60,656 nt of DNA from a virus (Duplodnaviria > Caudoviricetes): positions 1 through 60,656 of IMG/VR virus record IMGVR_UViG_3300044691_000256. One strand, given 5' to 3'. A model generated the notes under the pieces. That model was not told where the DNA came from. It ran no database searches and saw only the letters and a list, made by a program, of their open reading frames with translations. Positions 21,288-31,241 of this stretch are shown in pieces (position 1 is the first letter of the stretch; the number at the start of each line of letters is the position of its first letter). A program made the position numbers and the translations under genes.

Positions 21288-21596
21288 ATGTCTAGAAGTC
21301 TTGACAAGTCCCTCGGTCGCTCCTTTTCAGAGATAGGCGAGATACTGGGTCTAACACCGAAACAAGTAGAGCATACGTATGTCAAGGCAATGATCAAGCT
21401 GCGGGCCGAAAATCCAGAAAATGGACGGTATCTTCTGGAGCAAATCAACCTAGCGGGCCGGGACTACGCCAAAGTCACAAGCTGGAAGCCACAGAGCGGA
21501 CAAGGTGAAGCTGGCGGGCGATTCGAGGCTGGAATCCCACAGCTTGAAGATCCAGAACCAGCGCACGAGGAACTACCAGAGGAGATTTATGAGTAG
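21288..21596 (+). CDS. Sigma-70 region 4-like HTH protein
   Basis: SFSEIGEILGLT..QV.....KAM.KLR. Confidence 0.7.
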   Translation: MSRSLDKSLGRSFSEIGEILGLTPKQVEHTYVKAMIKLRAENPENGRYLLEQINLAGRDYAKVTSWKPQSGQGEAGGRFEAGIPQLEDPEPAHEELPEEIYE

Positions 21597-22074
21597 ACAA
21601 CTGTTTTTAGACTGCGACGGGGTTCTCGCCAATTTCGACGCTTACGCCGAGGAAATTTTCGGTCTGCCACCCCGAGACGCCGAGAACAAACTCGGAACCA
21701 AGCGATTCTGGGTCGACCTCCAGAGCCACGATGGGTTCTATCGCAACCTGCCGCCGATGCCGGACGCCTTCGAACTGTTTGCTGCCGTGGAGCATCTGAA
21801 CCCGATCATCCTAACTGGACTACCGTTGGGAGACTGGGCCGAGCCACAGAAGCGTGAGTGGGGCGCTAAACACTTCCCGCACACAACAATGATCTGCTGC
21901 ATGTCCAAAGACAAGCGGAACCACATGAAACCGGGCGACATCCTCGTCGACGATTATCTGAAGTACCGGCATTTGTGGGAAGAGGCGGGCGGCGTATTCG
22001 TACACCATACGTCTGCAAAGTCGTCCATCGCCGCGCTGATCGAACTCGGGATTTTGAGTAGGGAGGGAAGATAA
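21589..22074 (+). CDS. HAD-family 5'(3')-deoxyribonucleotidase-like protein
   Basis: FLDCDGVLANF, ILTG and DILVDD. Confidence 0.88.
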   Translation: MSRQLFLDCDGVLANFDAYAEEIFGLPPRDAENKLGTKRFWVDLQSHDGFYRNLPPMPDAFELFAAVEHLNPIILTGLPLGDWAEPQKREWGAKHFPHTTMICCMSKDKRNHMKPGDILVDDYLKYRHLWEEAGGVFVHHTSAKSSIAALIELGILSREGR

Positions 22075-22240
22075 TGTATATACGACAGTCCAGGAAATGG
22101 TCAGATAAGAACCGCTTCGCAGATCGTTTCGGTGGCGGATGGCGCTGGAAGTTTGGATTTCAGGCATCCGCCGGATTCCGTACGGTCATTGTTGACTTGT
22201 TCGCTTGGTCTTACCGAATTGAGCGCGGGGGACCGCCCAA

Positions 22241-23197
22241 ATGACACAAATTCTCTCCCTTTCACTCAGGCCCCAAAATCTCGCTTCATTCATCGGGAAC
22301 CCCAACGTGGTGTCCGCCATAGAAAACCAACTAGCCGAGAGAATCCCTGTAGGCATCTGGCTTTCGGGCGACCCCGGCACGGGCAAGACCACCCTGTCCA
22401 AGATCATCGCAAGGATGGTAAACGCGGGGATCGACGAGTCTCAACTGGACATTCAGGAGGTTAATGGGTCGAGCGAGAATGGGATCGACATGATCCGGGA
22501 GCTTGTCGAGCACGCGAAGTTCCGTCCATTTTCTGGAAGGCGTGTGTACATCCTGAACGAATTTCAGGGACTTACCGGCGCTGCCAAGCAAGCTTTACTC
22601 GCGCCTTTGGAGAGTACGAACGAGTCTACGTTGTGGATCTTCACTTCGATGACCGACCGGCTGGACAAGGATGAGAAGCTGGATAAGGCCCTCCGCCGCC
22701 GCCTCACACACTACGCTCTAAAAACCATGTCCGAGCTTGAAGTCCGCGCACTCTGCCAACGGGCGGCTGAAAACACTTCGGTTCAACTCGATACCACCTC
22801 GTTTATCACCCTGATGGTGAAATCCAAGATCGGGAGCGCGGGTGAAATTCTTGCGGCCTGGGAATTGTATGCGTCTGGAATCCCGCTGGCTGGCTGCGTT
22901 ACCTCAGCGGCCCATAACGCGGATTACAGGGAAATCGCTTCTTCAGTCCTTAAGGGGGATTGGAACCGATGCCGTGAACTTCTGGCTGGAATCCCTAACG
23001 CGGATAGTCGGGGGCTGCGGTCGATGATAAGCGGGTATCTTCGGTCTGCGCTGTTGAAATCCGAGGCCGGGCCGCGAGCTGACTCCTTAGCTAATTGTCT
23101 GGTCGGTTTAGGATCTGTCCAGTTCGAGGATGGCGTGGCGTTTGGTGTGTTGTGTGGTTTGTTGCAGAAGACTTGTAAGCAGATGGGAGGAAAATAA
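22241..23197 (+). CDS. Clamp-loader AAA+ ATPase (DnaX-like)
   Basis: LRP....FIG, GDPGTGKTT, E.N.S...GID.IR and A.QALL..LE. Confidence 0.85.
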   Translation: MTQILSLSLRPQNLASFIGNPNVVSAIENQLAERIPVGIWLSGDPGTGKTTLSKIIARMVNAGIDESQLDIQEVNGSSENGIDMIRELVEHAKFRPFSGRRVYILNEFQGLTGAAKQALLAPLESTNESTLWIFTSMTDRLDKDEKLDKALRRRLTHYALKTMSELEVRALCQRAAENTSVQLDTTSFITLMVKSKIGSAGEILAAWELYASGIPLAGCVTSAAHNADYREIASSVLKGDWNRCRELLAGIPNADSRGLRSMISGYLRSALLKSEAGPRADSLANCLVGLGSVQFEDGVAFGVLCGLLQKTCKQMGGK

Positions 23198-23380
23198 TGT
23201 CTTTCTATGTCTGGTGCGAGATCGTATGTGCCAAATGCAGCCGGACGTGCGCAGGTACATTTGCAACTCGGGACATTCCGAGGAAGTCCATGTCTGAAGA
23301 GGCAAAGAAGCGAGGGTGGGTTGCACGCGGCGAGAATTACTTCTGCCCGTTCTGTGAACTAGTTTCAAAGGAGGCCGTAC

Positions 23381-23845
23381 ATGTGGACTGACGGAGATGT
23401 AGTTAGGTATCGACCAACGCAAGATTGGTGCCATCACGGGATCGCGATTGTGCGAGTTCCAGAAAATGGACAGCTTTGGGCCACAGACACCTACTGGGGT
23501 AACAGTCCTACGGATGGTAGCTACGTGGACGTAGAGTGCTTGGTCCCGGCCAACATCATCGGCAATACCCACACCTTCGGCAAAATACCCTACCCGCACG
23601 ATTACGACGACTTCAACGACGCGGACAAGTATTGGATACCGATGGGCGGCGGGTCAGCATACCAGAGGGTGAGGATCGGGGCCGCGCCCAACGTAGAGCT
23701 AAAGACATCCAGGCTCAAGTACGAAGTGGAAAAGGCTGAAGCCAAAATCCGCTCCGCCGAAAGCAGCCTGCGTTGGGCAATCAGGCAACTCGACGAATAC
23801 CTTGAAAGCTTGTCCGCAAAGGAGACCACCCATGTCCCGTTCTAA
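23381..23845 (+). CDS. Hypothetical protein
   Basis: 154 aa ORF with RBS. Confidence 0.6.
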   Translation: MWTDGDVVRYRPTQDWCHHGIAIVRVPENGQLWATDTYWGNSPTDGSYVDVECLVPANIIGNTHTFGKIPYPHDYDDFNDADKYWIPMGGGSAYQRVRIGAAPNVELKTSRLKYEVEKAEAKIRSAESSLRWAIRQLDEYLESLSAKETTHVPF

Positions 23846-24308
23846 AGAAGAATTAGCTTTGGAAATTCATCGGCTCCTCTCAGAACAAAGCTGGGTAGGA
23901 GACCTCAACAACCACACAATAGATGACATGACTGTGAATGGCTACTTTGACCTTGAGGTTGTTGCGGCGGGGCTGCTGGATTACCTCAGCCAATCTTAAC
24001 CTCGCTGGTGTCGAAGCTTACGTCTCTGGGGTGGTACGGGCCACACCCCTCTGGTATAAACTCTTTGCCCCGCAGCTTCCCCAAAACCCCACAGTGACAG
24101 CAAACCAGTTCCTTCATTGGGGGCCACAGAGTCACCACGACTCCTATTTCATGCCAGCAGTGCTTACATTCTGGCGGGACTCGGAGAGCACTCCTCAGAA
24201 CGGAGTCAAAATCTCCTTCCAGTGTTTTGGGTTTCGTCGACTTGGCCATGAGGAATTATATCCCACCTGCCCCGTTCATTTTCTGGACGGGCGCGGTGGC
24301 AGGGGTTG

Positions 24309-24563
24309 CTAGATTTTCTCGCTTGACGGCACGTACATGTAGAGAGTAACTGTCTCTTTTGACCAATCCGGCGTAGGCTTGCAAATCGCGGACAGCGGAA
24401 TCTGGTGCTTGAGCGTAGAGTCTCCTCGCCACGTGTAGTAGGTGTACATCGGTTCGTCCATTTTCTGGATAGCCGGGGCTACAGGCAACACACTCAACCA
24501 CTTGTCCGCTACAGGTGATAGCGCAGTCCCGAATCCCAGGCGGAAGAAAGATCGTCTGTTCAT
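24309..24563 (-). CDS. Small protein with twin-arginine-like N-terminus
   Basis: MNRRSFF. Confidence 0.5.
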   Translation of the reverse strand: MNRRSFFRLGFGTALSPVADKWLSVLPVAPAIQKMDEPMYTYYTWRGDSTLKHQIPLSAICKPTPDWSKETVTLYMYVPSSEKI

Positions 24564-24895
24564 TTCAAAACCGTGCTAAAGAACTGGATAGTCTTGCCTG
24601 TGTTCAGCGGCAGTGATTTCGTTGTGTGGAAAGCCGTGGGTGCCGTAAGGTTGGTCATGAACATCCTGTTAAACATCTGGCTGGTTTTGAACTGAGCCTC
24701 GGTCAGCGGCCCGTGCCACTCGCCGGGGTCTCCAACATCTGCGTTCGGGTCCAGATCCAGTTCAAACTCTTCGATTTCGTTGTACTCCTCATACTTCATG
24801 TGCCATGAGTTTTCAGCCGCCGCGCGTGTCGAATACACTCCGTACACTTGTCCGCTTTCATACTCGGGTAGAGAAACTACTAGGTAGATGGTCAT
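24560..24895 (-). CDS. Hypothetical protein
   Basis: IY.V...GVYST..AA...IEEFELD common phage domain. Confidence 0.6.
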   Translation of the reverse strand: MTIYLVVSLPEYESGQVYGVYSTRAAAENSWHMKYEEYNEIEEFELDLDPNADVGDPGEWHGPLTEAQFKTSQMFNRMFMTNLTAPTAFHTTKSLPLNTGKTIQFFSTVLK

Positions 24896-25027
24896 TTCAG
24901 AACCTCCTGAACTCTCTTCTCATAAGACTCAATCAACTTCGGCGTTGCGGTTGCGTGGACTAAGCACTCTCTAAATCTCGTCCAGATTTCTTCAAATAGC
25001 TTGCGTTCTTTGTCGGTCATAAGTCCT

Positions 25028-25856
25028 CTATGCTGCAAATGCGTCTTCTAACATCAGTGAGTGGGTGTAGATCCGGCGGACCCAGTTGAGAAAGTCTTCC
25101 AAAGGCATATTTTTCTTGGCGAAATTGCACGTGAAACAAGCAGGTCGCACATTTCCTTCTACGTAGCCCAGGTTGGAGTCGATGCGGTCGATACCGGTAT
25201 ATAGAATTGTCGGCCATCGACTCTTAGGTCTGGCTCTTTCTGCGGGAGTTCTGTTGCTAATTTTGGAAGGTATTTTCCTAGAAGGCGGAAGACCACAATA
25301 CGAGCAGTTTTTTCCAATCAGCTCTATAAAGCGTTCCCGAGTAAGCTCAAACACAAAGTTTCGGCTTTTGGCTCCGGTTTTATATTCGGTAATCAGCGTG
25401 TTTATTACCGCGTCTTCCTTAAAGGGTAAACAGACCGCCTTGAGCATCAGACATCCGCAACTGGTAGTGAGACCCCGCCTTATGTTGGTCCAAAGGGCGG
25501 TTGTGTCGGCTCCACAAGCGCATTTGCAAGCGAAGCACACATATCCTTTCTTGTGGGGAATTCGTTCCACAATAGTTAAGTTCCTGTACACCTGACCGAT
25601 GAGAGTTTCGTAGGCGATCTTAGGCGGGCGTCCTATTCTATCTAGGTTTGGAGCAATTGAAGTATTGATGGGTCTGGGTTTATCTGCATTTTTCTCTCGG
25701 TTCTTGGCGGATGATATCTTTTTCATTTCTCGACAATCGCCGCAGTGGTTGATGTTTTCCAAGGGAGGATTTTTGCCACATAATGGGGCACATACCGTCG
25801 GCTATCCGCCGATCTTGTAGATCCTTTTGATACTGACTTTCTTTGGTTGTTCTCAT
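25028..25856 (-). pseudogene. HNH endonuclease, apparently frameshifted near N-terminus
   Basis: CKCACG, SCGC, C.YCG and GIDRIDS..GY..GNV.P.C..CN; ATG at 25856 joins only if one base of GGGG at 25785-25788 is removed. Confidence 0.65.
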
Positions 25857-25873
25857 AAGACATTTACCTTCAT

Positions 25874-27919
25874 CTATTTACGGTAGTAAGTTCCCAAATA
25901 GCCGCTTGCGTCCAGCGGCATGTCGAAATTCATCCAAGCTGGTTTGGAGGTCATGCACCGACGGAGTGTATCGACCCCAAGCGGCGATCCTACCGGCACT
26001 AAAGCAATGATCTCGTCATGCACATGGCCCACCACGGACATTCCAACCCTGTCCGCTTCGATCATCCCATTGATGAGGATGTCTCTGGCGATTGCTTGCA
26101 CGAGGTTCTCGCAAATCTTCGGGCCACCTGTGGCTATACGAGACCAAGCTCTGGTTCCCTGCTCTCTGCCTTCATAACTGAGCTGTGCCCGTTTGTATGG
26201 TCCGAACTTACCGTCGTGCTCTCGCATCTCCACAAGAGGGTGCATGTAGCTAAGGGAGCGTCCGGACGGCAGGTTTAGGCTGAGGAGAGTCTTGCCGGTA
26301 GCCCTGAAGCTGACGACACCCACGGGGAACTCCTGACCTGGATTGCGGACAGCAGAGATGGCGGCTTCTTGAAGATCCTTCCACAGCACCGGAACTTCTG
26401 GATACATCTTTCTAAAAACATCGACCGCCTTTGCTGATTCTTCCTGCGTAAGTTCAATATTCATCGCCGCCGCGTAGCCCCAGAGCCCCGAGCGGACAAT
26501 ATCCCCGTCCTCGGTCGTTTGTTCTTCTCCCCCGCCAAGACCATACGAACAGCCTAAAACCGGGGCCTTAGCTTTAGTTCTTTCCTCTTTGGTTACTTCT
26601 TCGTAGGGCTTATTGAACATTCGGGCTGCAAAGGTGATATACGGATCAAGACCCTGACGGAAAATATCCAACATTGGTTCACACCTAGCAGCCGCCCCCG
26701 CTACGCGAGACTCGATGGATGCAAGATCAACTACGACCAGATTGTTACCTTCGGGAGCGCGGAAGCTGGATCGAATAGTCGAGGTGATGACATCGAGCGG
26801 TTGGGTGAACTCGGCGATAATGGCGGCGTAGTCCATTTTCTGGACAAGTTCAATCGCCCTATCCATATTCTTTTCAACTTCTTTGGTCGGTCTCGGCAAA
26901 TTCTGGAGTTGAGCATCCCTTCCTGAAAATCTTCCGGTCCTCGCCGCACCATAGAACACGAATTGGTTGCGCAATCGACCGTCGGCGGACACGTTACGTG
27001 CAATTGCCGTGAACTTCCGAACCGAACTCTTCGAGGTCATTTTGCGGATTTCGAGAGCCTTACGCGCCCTGTCCGTAAGCTGGCACTCTCCGTTCATGGC
27101 CCGCTCTACGAACGCCTTGCCCAGACCGCCGAAGGTGTACCCCTCATTCTTAAGCCATCCCAAGATTTGATCGTTGCTGTTGCAATTATCTAGGTTCGTG
27201 AGTTCTTTGAGTTGTCCGCGCAGTTTTTCAAGTTCCCGGTCGGCGATGTCCTGCGCCCCTCTAATCAGAGGTAGGTCCACGGGCATTCCGGCAGCATTCA
27301 CCTTCTCGTTCAACTCCCAGCCCTGCCGCTCCAGTTCTGGCACTGGAAACCGAGCCATCTTCTTCATAATCGTCCGCTCGGCCTCAACGTCCCGGACGCA
27401 GTAATCAAGTAGTAACTGCCAGTCTTGGGGGTCGGTCGACCAGTCGCGGAAAGTCGGTTTAGATACGCCGAACAGGGTTTGCACCCCGCCCAAAGTTTGG
27501 GGTTCCGAGAACATCTTTAGTAACCGCTTACCATCCCGCAGCTTGGCCTCGTCTTCCTTTAATCCCAAAATTTTACCGGCATCCTCCAAACTGCCGGGCA
27601 TCGAAAGGTATCTGGCTTGGATGGAAGGGTCTACCCACTCCGAGGTCGGCTTGTCCATTTTCTGGACAAACTTGGTGATCGACCGTTCGAAGGGGCTATT
27701 CCATGCGGCAACTTGTACGAACGGATCTTCGATAACTTCGCGTAACTCGGCGGGCATCTTAGGCTCAAGATGAGGCTGCCACACGCGCACCTTGTTATCT
27801 CCTTCTGCGAATGCAGCACAAAGGATCGATGTCGTCGGATCGGTCGCATAATTGTGTAACCCCCGTGTTTGCAGGTCGCAACAACTCCGCGACTCATAGT
27901 CGAGGTGATAAAGAGTCAT
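25874..27919 (-). CDS. Family A DNA polymerase with 3'-5' exonuclease
   Basis: LDYE, AWN..FE, ARTGRFSG, QNLPR, DLASIE, K...LG.SYG, ENLVQAIARD and HVHDE. Confidence 0.95.
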   Translation of the reverse strand: MTLYHLDYESRSCCDLQTRGLHNYATDPTTSILCAAFAEGDNKVRVWQPHLEPKMPAELREVIEDPFVQVAAWNSPFERSITKFVQKMDKPTSEWVDPSIQARYLSMPGSLEDAGKILGLKEDEAKLRDGKRLLKMFSEPQTLGGVQTLFGVSKPTFRDWSTDPQDWQLLLDYCVRDVEAERTIMKKMARFPVPELERQGWELNEKVNAAGMPVDLPLIRGAQDIADRELEKLRGQLKELTNLDNCNSNDQILGWLKNEGYTFGGLGKAFVERAMNGECQLTDRARKALEIRKMTSKSSVRKFTAIARNVSADGRLRNQFVFYGAARTGRFSGRDAQLQNLPRPTKEVEKNMDRAIELVQKMDYAAIIAEFTQPLDVITSTIRSSFRAPEGNNLVVVDLASIESRVAGAAARCEPMLDIFRQGLDPYITFAARMFNKPYEEVTKEERTKAKAPVLGCSYGLGGGEEQTTEDGDIVRSGLWGYAAAMNIELTQEESAKAVDVFRKMYPEVPVLWKDLQEAAISAVRNPGQEFPVGVVSFRATGKTLLSLNLPSGRSLSYMHPLVEMREHDGKFGPYKRAQLSYEGREQGTRAWSRIATGGPKICENLVQAIARDILINGMIEADRVGMSVVGHVHDEIIALVPVGSPLGVDTLRRCMTSKPAWMNFDMPLDASGYLGTYYRK

Positions 27920-28040
27920 AACTGTTTCGGACTATTAAACTATAACAGATTTCACTGGTTCTGACAAGCGAAACGCCACCCGGAGGGGGGCAGCGTGGCT
28001 TTCGGACCTGGGAGAGTGTCAATACAACAAAAGTGGTAGA

Positions 28041-28220
28041 TCAGGAGGCGGCGGCGAGCTGCGGAGTGCTTCTGGCTTCAATTCTGGCAAATGCGGTCGT
28101 AGTGAGCCAATCAGTGACCGCTTCTTCAATGCAACTTTCGGTTGTGTTTCCTGTTAGGTCGGCGTACTTTTCCACGGCAGATAAAAGACGGGCGTCGAGT
28201 GTAACTCTGTGTGCGTCCAA
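28041..28220 (-). CDS. Ribbon-helix-helix-like small regulator
   Basis: RBS + TTG at 28220; RVTLDARLL..VEKYA..TG.T..S.IEEAV; upstream TTGACA-16-TACTAT. Confidence 0.55.
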   Translation of the reverse strand: MDAHRVTLDARLLSAVEKYADLTGNTTESCIEEAVTDWLTTTAFARIEARSTPQLAAAS

Positions 28221-28423
28221 AGGTGTTTCCCTTTCACTACGTAAGTGCGGCGGGAGTGTATCAAACAGACCACTTTCGTCGTGTAGAAAAGATAGTACCA
28301 TAGTAACGGAAGTTGTCAAGTGTGGATTAGATTGCGCCCGGCCTGAATTAGTTGTATCGATTTCTGTGAAGATTTCAATCTTCCTGGTTACCTAAGAGTG
28401 AAACTATTTGCAGCTTAAAGTGG

Positions 28424-28452
28424 TTGACATCTCGCTTAATTATTATTAGCAT
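28424..28452 (+). promoter_or_regulatory. Sigma-70 promoter
   Basis: TTGACA-17-TAGCAT, followed by the 15-bp motif at 28473. Confidence 0.65.
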
Positions 28453-28512
28453 CTGTTTAGTAAACAAAATTTGTCCAGAAAATGGACGAACCGAAGGAGA
28501 AAGGAATATCAA

Positions 28513-29238
28513 ATGCAGAGCAACAATTTAATGCGTAGGAGTTTACTCAGCGCACTGCCCGGATGGTCTGAATTGGACCCTAAGATACAGACTGTACTGG
28601 AAACCGAAACCCAAGCCCTGGGTACGGCCTTGAGCAACGTCGTGACCTCGCGTCTCGATGCAGGCGTACACCTGGCTAAAATCCAAACGGAGTTGGAACC
28701 AAGACGTATGTTCGGTAAGTTTCTGAAACTGGTAAACTTGAAACGCTCGTGGGCCTACAGTCAGATTCAGGCTTCAAAAAATGCTAGAGAGAGCGGTCTT
28801 CTTCCAGAACTTGCACTTAAGATCGCGGCGGCCAGAAATATACCCATGCTAGGAATCGATCCAAAGATGCCGCTGGGAGTTTATACCAGTATTGTCAAAC
28901 GCAACCCTCCGCCCCGCACCGAGGACTCTCACAAACTGAACCTCTGGCTGGACGAAGTCGAAGAACTCCGCAAGCGGCGCGAACGCAATGAAGTCCCCAA
29001 AAGCATCCAAGAAGACCCCGAAGTGTTGTTGAAAATGTGCTATCGCTATATCAATGTCCGCATGAGAAAACTCCCAAGGAACTCAAAAACCAGACGGGCC
29101 TTCATAGACAAGTTGTTCGGTTACGTTCTTGCAGATTTAGGAGTCAGCAGTGACGTAAGTTTTTCACCTCAGGCTAGGCCCCAGGACTTCGAACCAGTTG
29201 TCGGTCGCCCAGTAAAAATCATAGAAGCGGCGGCGTAG
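28513..29238 (+). CDS. Hypothetical, possibly DNA-binding (DUF3102-like) protein
   Basis: G.HL......F.KFL......RS.AY; own promoter and terminator. Confidence 0.55.
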   Translation: MQSNNLMRRSLLSALPGWSELDPKIQTVLETETQALGTALSNVVTSRLDAGVHLAKIQTELEPRRMFGKFLKLVNLKRSWAYSQIQASKNARESGLLPELALKIAAARNIPMLGIDPKMPLGVYTSIVKRNPPPRTEDSHKLNLWLDEVEELRKRRERNEVPKSIQEDPEVLLKMCYRYINVRMRKLPRNSKTRRAFIDKLFGYVLADLGVSSDVSFSPQARPQDFEPVVGRPVKIIEAAA

Positions 29239-29257
29239 CAGCCCCCTCCCCAGAACT

Positions 29258-29299
29258 AAATCCCTCCGAGCAATAGACCGCAGGAGGGATTTGTGTTTT
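29258..29299 (+). terminator. Intrinsic terminator
   Basis: AAATCCCTCC...GGAGGGATTT stem + T tract. Confidence 0.75.
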
Positions 29300-29409
29300 A
29301 ACGGGCGTTTAAAGCACGGACATGACTATAGCTTTCGTGGCCCGGCGAAACATTTGTCCATTTTCTGGATTTATGAGATAATTGTTTTGAATTATAGGAG
29401 AGCGACCTG

Positions 29410-29700
29410 GTGAGCATTATTGTTCAGGAAATTACGGCGAGGGGGAACTTAGACCCGATCACGGTTTATTGGCACGACACGGACATCGGCAAAGGTAGCG
29501 TCACCATTACGTGTTATGGCAATGCGTGGACCTCTTGGTGGGGCGCGATGGGCGGAAACACAGTCAAGGAATTCTTTCTCCGCTGCGATGAAGGCTACCT
29601 GTTCAACAACCTTGCCAACAATCAGGTGCTCAAGCAGAACATCCTCGCGCATACGTATATCAAGAAGATCATCGCGACCATAAAAGCAGAGGGCAAATGA
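29410..29700 (+). CDS. Hypothetical phage protein
   Basis: LDPITVY...G..TITCYG.AW...WGAMG. Confidence 0.65.
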   Translation: MSIIVQEITARGNLDPITVYWHDTDIGKGSVTITCYGNAWTSWWGAMGGNTVKEFFLRCDEGYLFNNLANNQVLKQNILAHTYIKKIIATIKAEGK

Positions 29701-29897
29701 ACGAGTCTTTATTCACACCACAAGAAATTGCTCTTCAACTGAAGGTTCACCCCAAGACGATCCAACGGATGTTCATGGACGAACCTGGCGTTGTGGTCTT
29801 AGGCGAAGAGGACCGCAGAGATGGCAAGCGGCAGTATGTCACCCTCAGAATCCCCGAATCGGTGGTTCAGCGCGTCCTCAAAAGCAAAACGCGGTAA
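29697..29897 (+). CDS. xis: Excisionase-like HTH protein
   Basis: FTPQEIA..L.VHP.TI.R.F..EPGV, directly upstream of integrase. Confidence 0.75.
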   Translation: MNESLFTPQEIALQLKVHPKTIQRMFMDEPGVVVLGEEDRRDGKRQYVTLRIPESVVQRVLKSKTR

Positions 29898-29924
29898 TCA
29901 TCGGCGGCATAGTATCATAAAGCC

Positions 29925-31046
29925 ATGTCCTCCTCCATCTTTCGACGGCACACCCCAAACTGTCCGCATTCTTCCAAAGGCCGGGATTTTCTCAAATGCA
30001 GTTGCCCGCTCTGGGCCGACGGCTATGTCGACGGCAAGCGAGTCCTCAGAAAGTCTCTTAGGACGCGGGACATGGCTAGGGGTCGCAAGAAGGCTGCCGC
30101 CCTTGAGACGCAGGACACTCGCCTGCTCAAGTCAATCGTGGAGGCCGTGGATTCCTTCCTGACGCACTGCAAGAGCAACGGGGTGCAGGACTCTTCCTGG
30201 AGAAAGTACCGGGCAACAATGGAGATCCTGAAAGCCTTCTGCAAGCAAGCGGAGCTGGAAACCGTAGCAGAGATGGATGTGGACTTCCTCGACGCCTTCC
30301 GAGCCAGCCGATCATTAGCCCCGATCACCGCCGTATCGGAGCTTCGTTTGCTGCGTCAGTTCTTTACCTATTGCTTTGACCGGCGTTGGGTGGAGACGAA
30401 CCCGGCCAAGGCTATCAAACTGCCGAGCGGCCTGAAACCGACGGATAAGGAACCCTATACTCCCTCTGAGATGGCAGCCATCATCGCGGCCTGTGACCGG
30501 ATTGGGCACAGTGCCTATGAGCGTCTAAGGTCAAGGGCGATGGTCCTGCTCCTACGCTATACCGCTCTGCGCATCGGAGACGTAGCCCTGCTCGCCTGCA
30601 ACCGTATCAGTTCGGACGGCAAGACTTGGCGCATCTTCCTGAGAACAGAGAAAAGTGGCAAGCCGATCTTCCTGCCCATTCCCCAGGAGTTGAGAGACGC
30701 ACTAGAGGCTGTCCCCAAGCGGAGCGAGACCCATTTCTTCTGGGGCGGGGTCAACTCCGAGCGGACCATGAAAGGCATTGCCCAGAGAGTGATGCGCTCG
30801 GTCTTCCGTCGATCCAAGGTGGAGCTAGCCCACGCCCACCGATTCCGCCATACTCTGGCTACCGAGCTGCTGGTCAAGGGTGCTACCTTTGAAGAGGTGG
30901 CTGACATTCTGGGCAACACTCCAGATGTCGTCCGCAGACACTACGCCAAGTGGTGTGTGGGTCGGCAGACCCGGATTGATGAGCTTATGGCGCGGGTCCA
31001 CGATACGGCAGAGTACACGGTTCCGAGGCCCCAATTGGTGAATTGA
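29925..31046 (+). CDS. int: Tyrosine integrase 1
   Basis: TALRIGD, K, HRFRHT, ILGN and HY catalytic residues. Confidence 0.95.
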   Translation: MSSSIFRRHTPNCPHSSKGRDFLKCSCPLWADGYVDGKRVLRKSLRTRDMARGRKKAAALETQDTRLLKSIVEAVDSFLTHCKSNGVQDSSWRKYRATMEILKAFCKQAELETVAEMDVDFLDAFRASRSLAPITAVSELRLLRQFFTYCFDRRWVETNPAKAIKLPSGLKPTDKEPYTPSEMAAIIAACDRIGHSAYERLRSRAMVLLLRYTALRIGDVALLACNRISSDGKTWRIFLRTEKSGKPIFLPIPQELRDALEAVPKRSETHFFWGGVNSERTMKGIAQRVMRSVFRRSKVELAHAHRFRHTLATELLVKGATFEEVADILGNTPDVVRRHYAKWCVGRQTRIDELMARVHDTAEYTVPRPQLVN

Positions 31047-31048
31047 GT

Positions 31049-31239
31049 TGGGCACGATTTAGGCACACAGGTTTTGAACTATCACTAAGTTATTGAATAT
31101 AAAGGAGAATACAATGTATCCAGAGATTATGGTGAACTTGGTCACCCCACGTAGACTCAGTAACTTATTGAAAACGTTAGGGACTAGAATCTAAAAATAG
31201 CCTCAAAAGACAGGGTGTGGGTACAATTTGGGCACACAG
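31049..31239. other. attP-like region
   Basis: 22-bp imperfect direct repeats at 31049-31070 and 31218-31239 enclosing two IHF-like sites (TAAGTTATTGAAT, TAACTTATTGAAA). Confidence 0.7.
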
Positions 31240-31241
31240 AT

